A stretch of 63,325 bases of DNA, filler included, from Stramenopiles sp. TOSAG23-3 (Eukaryota), in assembly GCA_900128585.1 (NCBI GenBank). It is 7 parts of 7 records of this genome, joined end to end, with 100 filler letters (N's around TTAATTAATTAA, not from the genome) between each part and the next. Parts side by side here need not be neighbours in the genome. Positions count along the whole stretch, not along the records: positions 1 to 14,324 come from LT642573.1; positions 14,425 to 28,732 come from LT642574.1; 5 more parts are not named here. One strand, 5' to 3'. The notes under the pieces are model-generated. The model searched no databases. It was not told where the DNA came from and was given only the letters and a program-made list of their open reading frames with translations. Below are positions 11,416 to 22,316 of this stretch, piece by piece. Position 1 is the stretch's first letter. Each line of letters opens with the position of its first letter. A program made the translations under genes and the position numbers.

Positions 11416-14142
11416 ATGGACACTTACAACCGTTCGCCGTCATTGGACACGCCGTCGCCGTCGCCGAGCTTTGGGCGCGGGATATCCCTTCGGTCGGTTC
11501 CTAACGAGGCGGGTTATACACAACTCGAGGGGGACGACATCGAGGCGGCGCACAATGGTGACGGTGCAGCCGCGAAGGAGGACGGCGACGGCGCCGTGCA
11601 AGGGAACAAGCTGAACATGTACTTTGGAGTCTTCCAGCCTTGCATGTTGAACATTTTCGGGGCCATCCTTTTTCTTCGGCTTCCCTGGGCGATCGGGAAG
11701 ACGGGGTGGCTAGGGGTCATCTCGATGTTTCTGCTTGCCGGGGTGACGGTGACCCTGACGACGTGCAGCATCGCCGCGATCAGCACGAACGGGAGGGTGA
11801 GGGGGGGCGGAGCGTACTTTATGATATCCCGTTCTCTCGGGGCCGAGTTTGGCGGGTCTGTCGGGATCGTCTACTACTTGGCGGCGGCCGTGGGGGTGAC
11901 GTTCTACCTGACGGCCTTTGCGGAAAGCTTTTGTTCGTTTGGAATAGCCGGTTTTGACGAGATGGGGGAAGAGCAGCAAGGCTGGACCCAGTTTGCGGTC
12001 GGGTCCGTCACCCTGATCGTGCTCTTCGTCCAGGCGAACGTCGGGGCAAGCTTCTTCCTGAAGTTCAACACGCTCATCTTCGCCATCTTGGTCGCCAGCA
12101 TCATTATCGGGGGGGTCAGCTTTATCGGCGCGGCGGGGACCAAACCAGAAGTGCCGGACTTTGTAGGCCCAAACTGGGACACGTTCGGCCGGAATCGTTG
12201 GCTGGTCCCAGACTACACTACGTACTTTGAGGTGTTCATCGTGATCTTCCCCGCCGTCACTGGGATCATGGCGGGGGCGAACTACAGCGGGGACCTGGCC
12301 GATCCTGGGGGCTCGATTGGCCCGGGGACGCTCTACGCCATCATGTGCTCCCTCTCCATCTACATGGTCCTGACGTTGATCATCGGGGCGTCCGTCGAAA
12401 AGGACACGCTGGTGGGCAACCTGACCATTTTTCAGGACTGCTCGTACTCTGAAGGGATGATCATCGCGGGAATTGTCATGTCCACGCTTTCGAGCGCCCT
12501 GGGGTCGCTGGTCGGGAGCGCGAGAGTAATGCAAGCGCTGGCCCGCGACAACCTGATGGCGTGGCTGAGCGTGTTCTCGTACGGGTCCAAAAAGGGCGAC
12601 GAGCCGAGGGTTGCGCTGGTCCTGACGTACTTGATCGCCCAGCTCGCCCTGCTGGACAAGAGCTTGAACTCGATCTCAAAGGTCATCAGCAACTTTTACT
12701 TGCTCGTGTATTTCTTCATTAACTTCGCGTGCTTTGTCCTCCGGGTGACCGGGGCCCCCAATTTTCGGCCAGAGTTCAGGTACTTCTCTTGGCACACGGC
12801 GGCGGGGGGGGCAGCGCTGACGGCGTTTATCATGTTCATATCCTCCCCGTCCTACGCCCTAATCTCCATCGCCGTCATCGTACTGCTGGCAGTCTTGGTG
12901 CATTACATCGCTCCGGTCGTCCCGTGGGGGGACGTGACCCAGGTCGTCATCTACCATCAAGTCAGGAAGTACTTGCTGCGTCTGGACGTTCGAAAAGAGC
13001 ACCCCAAGTTCTGGCGGCCCTCGATCATGCTGGCGCTCGACAGGCCGCACCTTTCCCTCAACCTGATCGATGTGTCGAACGACCTCAAAAAGGGCGGCCT
13101 GCTGATCATTGGAAACGTGATCCGGGGAACCCCGGATGCCAATGTCGCGGCCGCGTCCAGGACTCTTCGGCAGTCCTGGTACAACTACATTGGCCAGGCC
13201 AAAGTGAAGGCATTCTTTGAGCTTTGCGTGGCCCCGTCCTGCCGCGTTGGGTTCAACAACCTGATGCTCTCGGCCGGCCTGGGTGGCATGAAAGTTAACA
13301 CCGTCATTCTTCAATGCTTCTCCCCCCGCCCCGAGCAGGGGGGGGCGAACGGTCCAAAGCGCCTCAAGGACACTTTGCGGCGCAGTGTGTCGAACCCGTA
13401 TCAGCGGGCGCAGCTGTTTGAACAAATGGAGCGTTGCAAGGACGTGTTGAACACGATCGAGAAGACGTTGGACAACTGCGACGATTCGCACATACAGAAC
13501 GAGGGGGAGTACGTGAACATAGTCAACGACTGCATACTCTTCAAGCAGAACGTTCTGATCGCGAAAGGGTTCGATGAAATCGACAAGGAGTCGATAATCT
13601 CCTTCAACCGGCGGGCGAAGCGGATGGGCCTGGAGCAGGAGTACATGACCATCGACGTGTGGGCCCACGCAAGCCGTAGCAACGGGGACTGGGACAACAT
13701 CCGGGGGAACTTTAGCCTGGCGCTTCAACTGGCGCACGGGCTTCAACGCCAAGGGGTTTGGAAAACCCACACCACCTTGAGGGCGGTGGTGGCAGTAGAA
13801 ATCGACCAAGGCGCCGACGCATCGTTGCAGGAGGGCGCCATCTCGGGCGTCCACGATCGCTTGGCGTTGCTGTTGAAAACCATCCGGGTGTTTGCCACGC
13901 TTACAGTTTTTGCGATCGAAGGTGCGGGCACCGGCACGATAGAGAGGGACTTTAACGACGTGGTAGAAAAGCAGTCCCGCACGACCGCTATAAGCTTTCT
14001 TCCCATGCCCGCGTTGCCAGGACACAACGGTCAGGCGGAAAGCGTTGAGTTCATCAGAAAATTAGACGATTTGACCAAAGACCTACCCCCCACGCTTTTG
14101 GTTTTGAGTGCCAACCAGGCCACCATGTCGGTTGAATTATAA
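11416..14142 (+). CDS. Cation-chloride cotransporter (SLC12/CCC family, SLC12A9-like)
   Basis: GVFQPCMLNIFGAILFLRL, AISTNGRVRGGGAYFMISRSLGAEFGG, FPAVTGIMAGANYSGDL, PNFRPEF, LLRLDVRKEHPKFWRP, NDLKKGGL, GLGGMK; likely start MDTYN at 11416. Confidence 0.95.
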   Translation: MDTYNRSPSLDTPSPSPSFGRGISLRSVPNEAGYTQLEGDDIEAAHNGDGAAAKEDGDGAVQGNKLNMYFGVFQPCMLNIFGAILFLRLPWAIGKTGWLGVISMFLLAGVTVTLTTCSIAAISTNGRVRGGGAYFMISRSLGAEFGGSVGIVYYLAAAVGVTFYLTAFAESFCSFGIAGFDEMGEEQQGWTQFAVGSVTLIVLFVQANVGASFFLKFNTLIFAILVASIIIGGVSFIGAAGTKPEVPDFVGPNWDTFGRNRWLVPDYTTYFEVFIVIFPAVTGIMAGANYSGDLADPGGSIGPGTLYAIMCSLSIYMVLTLIIGASVEKDTLVGNLTIFQDCSYSEGMIIAGIVMSTLSSALGSLVGSARVMQALARDNLMAWLSVFSYGSKKGDEPRVALVLTYLIAQLALLDKSLNSISKVISNFYLLVYFFINFACFVLRVTGAPNFRPEFRYFSWHTAAGGAALTAFIMFISSPSYALISIAVIVLLAVLVHYIAPVVPWGDVTQVVIYHQVRKYLLRLDVRKEHPKFWRPSIMLALDRPHLSLNLIDVSNDLKKGGLLIIGNVIRGTPDANVAAASRTLRQSWYNYIGQAKVKAFFELCVAPSCRVGFNNLMLSAGLGGMKVNTVILQCFSPRPEQGGANGPKRLKDTLRRSVSNPYQRAQLFEQMERCKDVLNTIEKTLDNCDDSHIQNEGEYVNIVNDCILFKQNVLIAKGFDEIDKESIISFNRRAKRMGLEQEYMTIDVWAHASRSNGDWDNIRGNFSLALQLAHGLQRQGVWKTHTTLRAVVAVEIDQGADASLQEGAISGVHDRLALLLKTIRVFATLTVFAIEGAGTGTIERDFNDVVEKQSRTTAISFLPMPALPGHNGQAESVEFIRKLDDLTKDLPPTLLVLSANQATMSVEL

Positions 14143-14285
14143 AAATAAAGAGAGAGAGAGAGGGGGGGGTTACTCAACAACAACAACAAAATAATAAACC
14201 AAAAGTTGCGTTTTAGTTATTTATAGTATGATAAGGTGACACTAACAATGCTGTCGTCCATTCTCCTTCTTTTTCATTCTTCTTC

Positions 14286-14324
<39 letters not shown>

Positions 14325-14424
14325 NNNNNNNNNNNNNNNNNNNNNNNNNNNNNNNNNNNNNNNNNNNNTTAATTAATTAANNNNNNNNNNNNNNNNNNNN
14401 NNNNNNNNNNNNNNNNNNNNNNNN
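14325..14424. other. Artificial contig linker N44-TTAATTAATTAA-N44
   Basis: Six-frame-stop spacer; identical copies at 28733, 43128, 57520, 59456 and 61391. Confidence 0.98.
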
Positions 14425-14425
14425 T

Positions 14426-14497
<72 letters not shown>

Positions 14498-14602
14498 TCG
14501 TTCGTTCGTTCTTTTTTCGTTCGTTCTTTTTTCGTTCGTTCTTTTTTCTTTCTTTCTTTCTTTCTTCTTCTTTTTCTTCTTTCTTCTTATTCTTCTTCTT
14601 CT
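14425..14602. repeat. (TTTC)n/(TTCG)n microsatellite at contig start
   Basis: Directly visible. Confidence 0.9.
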
Positions 14603-14919
14603 TTTAAAAAATTAAAATATTAATTATTTTATCATCATCATATCATCATCATTTTCATTCTTCTTCCTTCACATTCTCCTGCTTCTTCTTCAACAAAAAA
14701 ACTAAATAAAAAAAACTAGTAGAGACGACTAAAAACAATACAAAGAGAATGGAAATGTATGATTATATGTCTTCTCATATGTGGGATAGATTTTTACAAT
14801 TTTTATCATTTTTCACTTTTGGCTTTTTTTTTTGTGTGTGTTTGTTTTCTGCATTCTAGTTTCTTTTTCTTGTTCGTACCACACCAGAAAAGAGGTAAGG
14901 GGGTTAGACAACGGCCGAC

Positions 14920-16350
14920 ATGGCAAGCTTAGCCGCGGAGGATCTGTCGAAACTGCAAATTGACGGGGAGAAGGCGGGCGGTAGGATGACGGCGGAAGAA
15001 ATTGCAGCGACCGTGCGGGCCGAGAACGTTACGGGCGATCCGAACGATGTCATGGAGCCGGACACGGCCGTCATTGGGGTGGTCCTTTGCCCGAAGAAGA
15101 AGGTGTCCCAGCTCCCGAAGACCACCGAGGAGCGGGATATACCCACGCTCCTCGACAAGTATAGAACGGAACTGGCCGCGCTCAAGGCCGAGTGCAAGGA
15201 CGTCTTGCCGGACGGCTCGGCGGGGCCGATCGCGGTGCCCCCGAAATCCTCTTTTGACATTGCCTATGATGACATTTTTCTCCTCCGCTATCTCTTGTCC
15301 CGCCGGGGAAACGTCCGGCAAGCGGCGGCGTCCGTGCGAAAGTGCATCGCGTGGCGGAAGCAGGCGGACATTCGGGAGCAAGTCCTGAAGCCGGTGGCCG
15401 AGGGGTGGTGGCACGACTCGGACGTGAAGAAGCGCCTAGACCGGCACCTGGTGTTCTGTCCGTTCTCCTGCCTTGTCGACGGGGGGGCGCTGATATACAT
15501 ACGCGATGGGATAGGGACGGGGAACCTGGTTTTTGAAAGCGTTAGCAAAGAGGAGTTTATGCAGTACGGGATGATTGCCCGAGAGTACTGCTTCCGTTGG
15601 ATCGACCGCGAAACCAGGCGGCTGAACCGGATCGTCAAGTCCATGTACTTGATGGACATGAAGAAGATGAGCCTGTCGAACATGCCAGACAGCCGGCTCC
15701 GGGAGTCCTACTCTGCCATAGCGCACGTCTCCAATTTTGCCTACCCCCAGCTGGTCTCCAAGTACATCGTTGTGAACGCGCCGTACTTCATCTCCTGGCT
15801 CATGGGCCTGTTCAAACCGATCGTCCCGACCAGCATGTACGAGAAGATCGAGCTGCACTCCGGGGCGTTCGGCCCGTCGGAGTTTGCGAAAGAATGGTTG
15901 CATGAAAGGTACATCCCCGAGTACATTGGGGGGGTGTACCCGGACGCCAGGCTCCCCGCCCAGCTGACGGGTGAGCTTGTCGTCCATGGCGAGCAAGACG
16001 GCATGGTCACGATCAACGTCCCGAGTAGAGACAAGAGAGACCTAGAAATCAGCGTCCCCAAGGCCAAGGCGGTCCTGAAGTACGAGTTTAGCCCGATCAA
16101 CAAAGGCATCGAGCTGATTGCCAAGTTCTACCCAGGCCAAAGCGCGATGACCAGACTAGACAATGGCGGGAAACCCGTAGACGGCGAGGTTCTCTTGCAA
16201 CAGCCCCTGCGCATCCAACAAACGAATGGGCTGTACCGAGGGGAATGGAAAATAGACCAAACGGGGATCGTTGTGGTGACCTTGAACAATTCCTACAGCA
16301 TTTTTACGTCAAAGACCGTCAAATACAATTTGGATTTGAAGGTGTTGTGA
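14920..16350 (+). CDS. SEC14-like CRAL-TRIO lipid-binding protein with C-terminal GOLD domain
   Basis: DDIFLLRYL (CRAL-TRIO N), YPQLVSKYIVVNAPYFISWL, YIPEYIGG, and a C-terminal GOLD strand GIVVVTLNNSYSIFTSKTVKY. Confidence 0.9.
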   Translation: MASLAAEDLSKLQIDGEKAGGRMTAEEIAATVRAENVTGDPNDVMEPDTAVIGVVLCPKKKVSQLPKTTEERDIPTLLDKYRTELAALKAECKDVLPDGSAGPIAVPPKSSFDIAYDDIFLLRYLLSRRGNVRQAAASVRKCIAWRKQADIREQVLKPVAEGWWHDSDVKKRLDRHLVFCPFSCLVDGGALIYIRDGIGTGNLVFESVSKEEFMQYGMIAREYCFRWIDRETRRLNRIVKSMYLMDMKKMSLSNMPDSRLRESYSAIAHVSNFAYPQLVSKYIVVNAPYFISWLMGLFKPIVPTSMYEKIELHSGAFGPSEFAKEWLHERYIPEYIGGVYPDARLPAQLTGELVVHGEQDGMVTINVPSRDKRDLEISVPKAKAVLKYEFSPINKGIELIAKFYPGQSAMTRLDNGGKPVDGEVLLQQPLRIQQTNGLYRGEWKIDQTGIVVVTLNNSYSIFTSKTVKYNLDLKVL

Positions 16351-17000
16351 GTGGAAGCAAATGGGAAGGGGGGGGCAAGGGGGTGATCCCTGGCTCTATT
16401 GTGTGCGATGCTTTTCATGTAGTATATAATAAAAGTCTTCCAAGACGCACGTCGCGTGTCTCACACAATCTGAGTGAAATCGAAAATAAAGTTTAAAAAC
16501 AAATTTAACTTCTTCTAGGTTTTTAAATTTTTGTTATTCTTCTATTCTACTATACCGTAGTAACTAAATAGCAACTAGTAAATATATTAGTTTAATCCAA
16601 TGCTCTGTAATGTTAATTATTTTTTAATTTAATTTTGAATGGTAACCAGTAGTCCCAAATTTTTCAATGATTTGTTGTTCTTCGTCATTCGTTCTTTTAA
16701 GTGACCTGGGTGGGTGCTTAAAACCGTAGTACCAAGGTACAGCACTACGAAGAGTGAACCACACAGGTAAAAATGGTTTTATTACTCCTCGTCTTCTTTC
16801 TTTTTTTTAGCTCCTTTTCAGACTGAAAAAACTAGACGACTAACTGAAAAAACAGTTCTGAAATCATGAATCATGAATTCAGCATCGATCACATACCAAG
16901 GTATACAGTCAATCGTCATCATCACCAGAGAATGATGAGTAAAAAAAGATTATTAAAAAAAAATAAAAATTTAAGAAATAATATGAAAAACAAATTAAAT

Positions 17001-17072
17001 GAGGAAGTTGATTACGATTCATATGCAAGCAATGTCGATTTAGATATCGCTCCGGATAGTTCATGGTCTGCA
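17001..17072 (+). pseudogene. Decayed coding relic (EEVDYDSYASNV...DSSWS), homologous to 42486-42775
   Basis: Colinear, gap-free codon alignment with 42689-42757. Confidence 0.5.
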
Positions 17073-17100
17073 CTATAAAAAAAAATGCTTGTTTTAATAT

Positions 17101-17368
17101 TATGCTTTAAGACTCTCAAGAAATATGAGATATATCTTATCATACCACAAGAGTTTAGAGAGAGATGAGTTGGAAGTACATGAACAAGAACACATTGGCT
17201 GTTATTTACATGAACAAAAGGAGCAGATTCATTTTCGCGGTACACGAGGAAGATAAATTTTAATTTAATACTCTCTTATATAACGCAGTAGTACATGAAT
17301 TTTAATTCTAAGGTACTTAAATAATAGCCAATTTTTTGTTTTTTAATAACACAGCCAATTTTTTGTTT
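17101..17368. repeat. Dispersed repeat family copy with an inverted pair of the ATAACAGCCAATTTT module (MITE-like)
   Basis: Reverse copy AACAAGAACACATTGGCTGTTATTT at 17183-17207; forward copies at 17321 and 17346; reverse TTAAGACTCTCA module at ~17107. Confidence 0.7.
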
Positions 17369-17482
17369 TAAGAAATATAGAATCTTTAAGAATTATAAGA
17401 GAACACACTCTCCATGATACGAATCATATGTACTAGTACGAATTTCGTAAAAGCAAAATGTGCAAATGGCAGCTTTTTGGCC

Positions 17483-18877
17483 TTACTCGTCGTCCAAATC
17501 AATAACCTCCTCGTCGTCCTCTTCGTCGTCGCCGTATTCATTCTCTTCGTATTCGTATTCTTCTTGCTCGTCCTCGTCGACTCCTTGGGCAAAGTTTTTG
17601 GCCGCCTCGCGCTCCATTTCCTCGCGGCGCTCTGCCTCACGCTGTCGCTGGAGCTCTGCCTCATCCACCTCGTCCGGTTGTTTTGCCTTGCTGTTTGCCT
17701 CTTGTGACGCGCGCTGTTGCTTGGCAAGGTGCTCGCGTTTTAAGCGCGCTCGGCGGTCTTTGCGGGACTCGCCCTCGGGGGGGGCGTCCTTTTTTTTCTG
17801 CTTCTTCTTTCGGGCGGAAGACTTTCTCTTCGTGGCCTTCATGAGGATAGAAACTTCCCCGTCGATCAATTTCATAGGCTTATACGCTGACGCATCGAAC
17901 ACCGTCGTGTCTCGCAATTCCGTCAGCATGGTATTGGGGTCCGGCGGCTGCCCCGCCACACTAATCTCCTTGTATGCCAGAGCATTTTTCTTCGGCTTTT
18001 TCCCTGCCGCCGCAGCGTCCTCAGCGTTCGCGGACACCCGTTTCATGCCCACAATGAGCGCGTCGCCCTTCGCCAGCGGGTTTTCCTTTAAAAACTCAAA
18101 CTTTAGAAAAGATTTCTTCTTCTTTTTGTCTCCCTTTCCTGACCCTGAGAGAGCGATCTTATACTTTCTTACGTTGACCGTGCAAAAGCGAAGCAGGCGG
18201 TGGCGTGTCATGAGGGACGCCAAAACGTGCTTGTTCTGATCGGACAGCGTCCCGTTAACCGCAAGGACGACCGCGCCGTTCTTCTTCTTCACGCACCGTT
18301 GGAACGACACATCGTTCGTTATTTTCCCGTAGGTGAGCTTCACCTTGTCTTTCGTGTACGCCAGCAAGCCCTCCTTCACCGCTTTGTCCCCAATGTACGT
18401 GGACGGGACGAGGTGGGGCTTCGCACCGTTGACGAAGACGAGTGCCACGTGGCTCGTTTTCTTCGCTGCCTTGGACATTTTGAACTTTTCCAAGGTGGAT
18501 TTTCCACTGGGCAGTTTTGCGTTGCAATCTAAGATCCCAGTCCGAAAATCCCTGGAATACCGCACGGTATCTGCCACTTCCCGGAACACACTGTGCACTG
18601 CTGTGGCCCCGTCGTTGCACAGCACCAGCCACGGCTGCCCCGAGAAAAAGACGTCCTTCAACTGCTTGATATTGTCAACCGAAAGCTTGGCGTACGGTGC
18701 TGTAAAGAAGCTGTACACCACCCACGCGAACTGCAGCACCCCCAAACCAAGTATGCCTAGAAAAATAACGGAGAGACGTTTCTTCGATTTTTGAAAAGCA
18801 GTCTCCTCCTCGAACCCTGATTTCTTTCTCTCCGCCGACGACCGCCGGGAGTCCTGCCGCTTGATTTTGGAAGGCAT
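17483..18877 (-). CDS. Membrane-anchored thioredoxin-fold-like protein with charged C-terminal tail
   Basis: One N-terminal TM (LSVIFLGILGLGVLQFAWVV); VFFSGQPWLVLC...GILDC Trx-like strands without CxxC; acidic tail; likely start MPSKIK at 18877. Confidence 0.75.
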   Translation of the reverse strand: MPSKIKRQDSRRSSAERKKSGFEEETAFQKSKKRLSVIFLGILGLGVLQFAWVVYSFFTAPYAKLSVDNIKQLKDVFFSGQPWLVLCNDGATAVHSVFREVADTVRYSRDFRTGILDCNAKLPSGKSTLEKFKMSKAAKKTSHVALVFVNGAKPHLVPSTYIGDKAVKEGLLAYTKDKVKLTYGKITNDVSFQRCVKKKNGAVVLAVNGTLSDQNKHVLASLMTRHRLLRFCTVNVRKYKIALSGSGKGDKKKKKSFLKFEFLKENPLAKGDALIVGMKRVSANAEDAAAAGKKPKKNALAYKEISVAGQPPDPNTMLTELRDTTVFDASAYKPMKLIDGEVSILMKATKRKSSARKKKQKKKDAPPEGESRKDRRARLKREHLAKQQRASQEANSKAKQPDEVDEAELQRQREAERREEMEREAAKNFAQGVDEDEQEEYEYEENEYGDDEEDDEEVIDLDDE

Positions 18878-19916
18878 GGCAAACAAATCAAATCAAAACA
18901 GCCACACCTGAACTTCCGCCCGCCTTGTATAAACGTGTCGGTCGTTGTAGCGCCCCTACGTACCACGAAATCCAAAAAAAAAATACCTCACCCGAGGTAA
19001 CTTGGTAACTTTTCCGATGAAAAAAATACAAAACAGAAGGGTAAAGAAATGTAAAAAATGCAAAGGGAACACCCCCTCGACGCATAGTGGAAGAAATGGA
19101 AAGATTATACTGTATTATAAAATAGATTCGATTCGATTGGATGGGATTGGAATGAATGGTAGGATGGACGTGAATAGCTGAGTACCAGGTAGTACCGGTA
19201 CCTGGTAGTATAAGTACATCATCATCATCAATATTTAATTATTATTATTATTGGCCTTTTACTACTTTATTTTTTTATTATTTTTTATTTATTATTATTA
19301 GACTAATTATCATCATATTATTATTATTTATTATTTACATTAATAGAAAACGTGACTATGATATGATAATATTTGTTTATATTTATGTGATATAATATTC
19401 TATAATCCAATAATAATAATAATAATTCCAATTTAATTAAATTCAAATGAGAAACTAAAAGAAAAGAAGAAGAAGAAGACAACATGTTGTTTTATAAAAT
19501 GTTGTCAGATTTATTATATTATTATTAGTATTATTTATTATAGTTGTTGTGAATGAAATAGAAAAAATAGAAATAGAAAAAATAAAAGTTCCTTCTTCTA
19601 TCTTCATGTTATTATAATACTGTACCAACAACCAACACAGGGAATTTTTATAACTAGTCAAATAATACATCAAAATACAAGGAGGAGGAGGGGACGGAGA
19701 ATAATAATTTTTAATAAATAAATAATAAAAAAAAATATATTATTATACTACTCCATTTCAAAATTCAATTTCAAAAAAAACAATGGAAATTGAAATTGAT
19801 GGGTGAAAGAAAGAAAGAAAGAAAGAAAAAGATGGAGACGGAATGGTTCCTCTTCTTTTTAATCTATGAGTTGGAGGATTTAGATTGTACAGACAGTAGA
19901 AGAAAAAACCCTTAAA

Positions 19917-21899
19917 ATGTCTTCTGGTGGTTTAGATTTTGATAGTTTAGAAGCTAAGATAGCGTCCGCGTCGCGCCTTGGCGCACGGTTCGGGGAGGAG
20001 GACGTGCAAAGCACGGGGGGCAGTTCGAGCGCGATGGAAAGTACGGATGGTGGGGGTGGGAGAAAAACGCTCGCAGGGGGAGGGGGGGGTCAGCGTGGGG
20101 GTACTGAGACGGCGGCCCAGCAGAAAGAAGACGGGGAAGGCTACTCCTCTGCGTGGACCGATGACAACGAGTCCGAAGGCGCCACGGGCCAGAGCCGACG
20201 GGCCCTCCCGCCGCGCCCCTCGAGTTCCAGGAAAAGAACGTCGCCGCACGTAACATTTTCCATGGAGCCAGCGACCACCATGGGCAGCAGTAAGTTTGTA
20301 GACGATGATGAGTCGGAGGACGAGCTGTCGTCTTCGTCGTCCTCGTCACTGTCCAGCGAGGAGAGCGATGATGAGCCGAGCGAGCCAAGGTTCACCAGTG
20401 CCAGCCGAGAGGGAAAGTACTACAGCGACAACAGCAGCTTGGACAGCTCCTCGGAGGAGGAAGCGTATTCTCCGTTCAAATTAAAGATAGACTTTACGGA
20501 AATTATAGCATTGGGTCTGCCCGCGCGCCAAACCTTGGGGGAAAATTTGGGGGTCTGGAGGGCCAATTACAACATGATGGGGTACATCTCCAAACCCATG
20601 CGAAGGTTCATCGCGAAGCATGACTTGAGCGCCGACGTCGCAAAAATGTTGTTGAAAGCCCCCGACGTAGAAAGCAGGCTAATGCCCCACCTTGGGCTAA
20701 GCCCAGAGAAGCGGAAGGCCCTGTCTCCCGCGGCGGAATTGCGGGAAAGTGGGACGGTCGAAAAGTTCAAAAGCCCCGTGCAACCCTCGCCCCAATCGCC
20801 GGGGGGGGCTCCCCCCGCCCCCGCTCCCGCCAACGCGTTCACGGCAGCGAGCGGGAAACTGCTGCACAGGGTCGACGCCATGATCCAGAAGGAAGAGCGC
20901 GCGCTGGAAAAAATAGAAAGGAAGAGTCCGGTCAAGCCCAAGGCGGGCGCGACCGATAGGAATCCAGCCAAGCAGAAGGCGCAAGGGAAGAAGGCTGCAC
21001 GGTCGGGTGTGGTGAGCATCCCATACGTTGCCGGTGCGATCCCCAACAGTACCAAGAGCTTGGACGATATCCTCGGCGTGGCCGACCTCGCAACGGGGCA
21101 GACCGTGGAGGAGCGCGCGGTCGTCAAAAAGCGACGGAGGCGGAAGAAGAAGGGCGTGCGAAAGGGGGCCGACAGCATGCTGTACCAACGGACGACCCTC
21201 TGGAAACAGGAACTGCTCGACAAGCGAAAGGCAGAGAAGGCGCGAAAAGATTCGAAGAACGAAATAGAGTTTCAGCAGTTGCGGGAGCAGTACAAGGTCA
21301 TGGGAAATTTTGACGGGGAAAAATTCTTCAAATCTCAGCAGGCGTGGGCGAACCGTGTCGAAAGCGTACGGAGAAAGAAGAAGGAAGAAAGCGACTCTTT
21401 GAAAATGGCAGAGTGCGATTTCGATCGCTACCACAAGAATTTTTCCCGAGCTGGGACGAAAGGCGGGGAGAGCATTTACGAACGGCGCATGCGATGGAAA
21501 GCGGAGAGAAAGAAGTTTTTGAAAGATCAGCAAGAAGCGGAAGAGAAAAAATTAGAGAAAGAATGTACTTTCAAACCAAAATTGAAGAATCGAAAGTACC
21601 GCGCGGCCCTTGCGGCAGCCTCGAAGAAACGGCGGGGGAAAGACGGAAAACCAAATGCCAACAAGGAAAACGTTGTCTCCACTAAAAATAAAACCGCGAA
21701 ATTAAAGGGTGCGCGCGGAAGGAAAACGAAGCGCACGGTCGCCGAGACCCCGAAAGCAAAGGCGGGGGGAGATGCGGAGGATATCTTTGCTTTGGCAGAC
21801 CAACTGCTCTCGAAGTCTGCAAAGTGGGCCGCCAAATCGGAACGGGAACGGAAGGAATTGGACCTGTTTACCGTGAACATTCAGCGATTGTTCAGCTGA
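19917..21899 (+). CDS. Low-complexity, basic coiled-coil protein (possibly ciliary/microtubule-binding)
   Basis: 660-aa ORF; Ser/acidic N-half; SIYERRMRW...EKECTFKPKL motif of the ECTF-x-P type seen in microtubule-associated ciliary proteins. Confidence 0.75.
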   Translation: MSSGGLDFDSLEAKIASASRLGARFGEEDVQSTGGSSSAMESTDGGGGRKTLAGGGGGQRGGTETAAQQKEDGEGYSSAWTDDNESEGATGQSRRALPPRPSSSRKRTSPHVTFSMEPATTMGSSKFVDDDESEDELSSSSSSSLSSEESDDEPSEPRFTSASREGKYYSDNSSLDSSSEEEAYSPFKLKIDFTEIIALGLPARQTLGENLGVWRANYNMMGYISKPMRRFIAKHDLSADVAKMLLKAPDVESRLMPHLGLSPEKRKALSPAAELRESGTVEKFKSPVQPSPQSPGGAPPAPAPANAFTAASGKLLHRVDAMIQKEERALEKIERKSPVKPKAGATDRNPAKQKAQGKKAARSGVVSIPYVAGAIPNSTKSLDDILGVADLATGQTVEERAVVKKRRRRKKKGVRKGADSMLYQRTTLWKQELLDKRKAEKARKDSKNEIEFQQLREQYKVMGNFDGEKFFKSQQAWANRVESVRRKKKEESDSLKMAECDFDRYHKNFSRAGTKGGESIYERRMRWKAERKKFLKDQQEAEEKKLEKECTFKPKLKNRKYRAALAAASKKRRGKDGKPNANKENVVSTKNKTAKLKGARGRKTKRTVAETPKAKAGGDAEDIFALADQLLSKSAKWAAKSERERKELDLFTVNIQRLFS

Positions 21900-22316
21900 C
21901 AGTCTCAGCGTCAGGTTTGATAAATTATTAAGGTTCTCTGTTATTAATAAAATATTAACAAAAATTAACACTTCAAAATACAGTGATAAATTTTTAATTA
22001 TCATACTTTTTATTTAAATAATTTAAAAGTCTTATTTTATATCTAAGAAGTATTTAATAAACGATAAAATATACTATATTAGGAACACAGCATCAGTATT
22101 AATAATAATAAAGCCCTCAGCAGCAGTAATTTCTTTAAATTTTAAAAGTACGAGGAGGCAAAGAAGGATTGAAGAACGAAGTACCACGCGCCTTTACCAG
22201 TATTAAAATTCCATATTAAAAATACCAGGTAAGTTGTAAGAATGTAAATTTACGGTACATAGTGTTTACTTTTAGGGCCTCGGGTTTCTTCCCCACTGCC
22301 TGGCTTAACACGCTTT

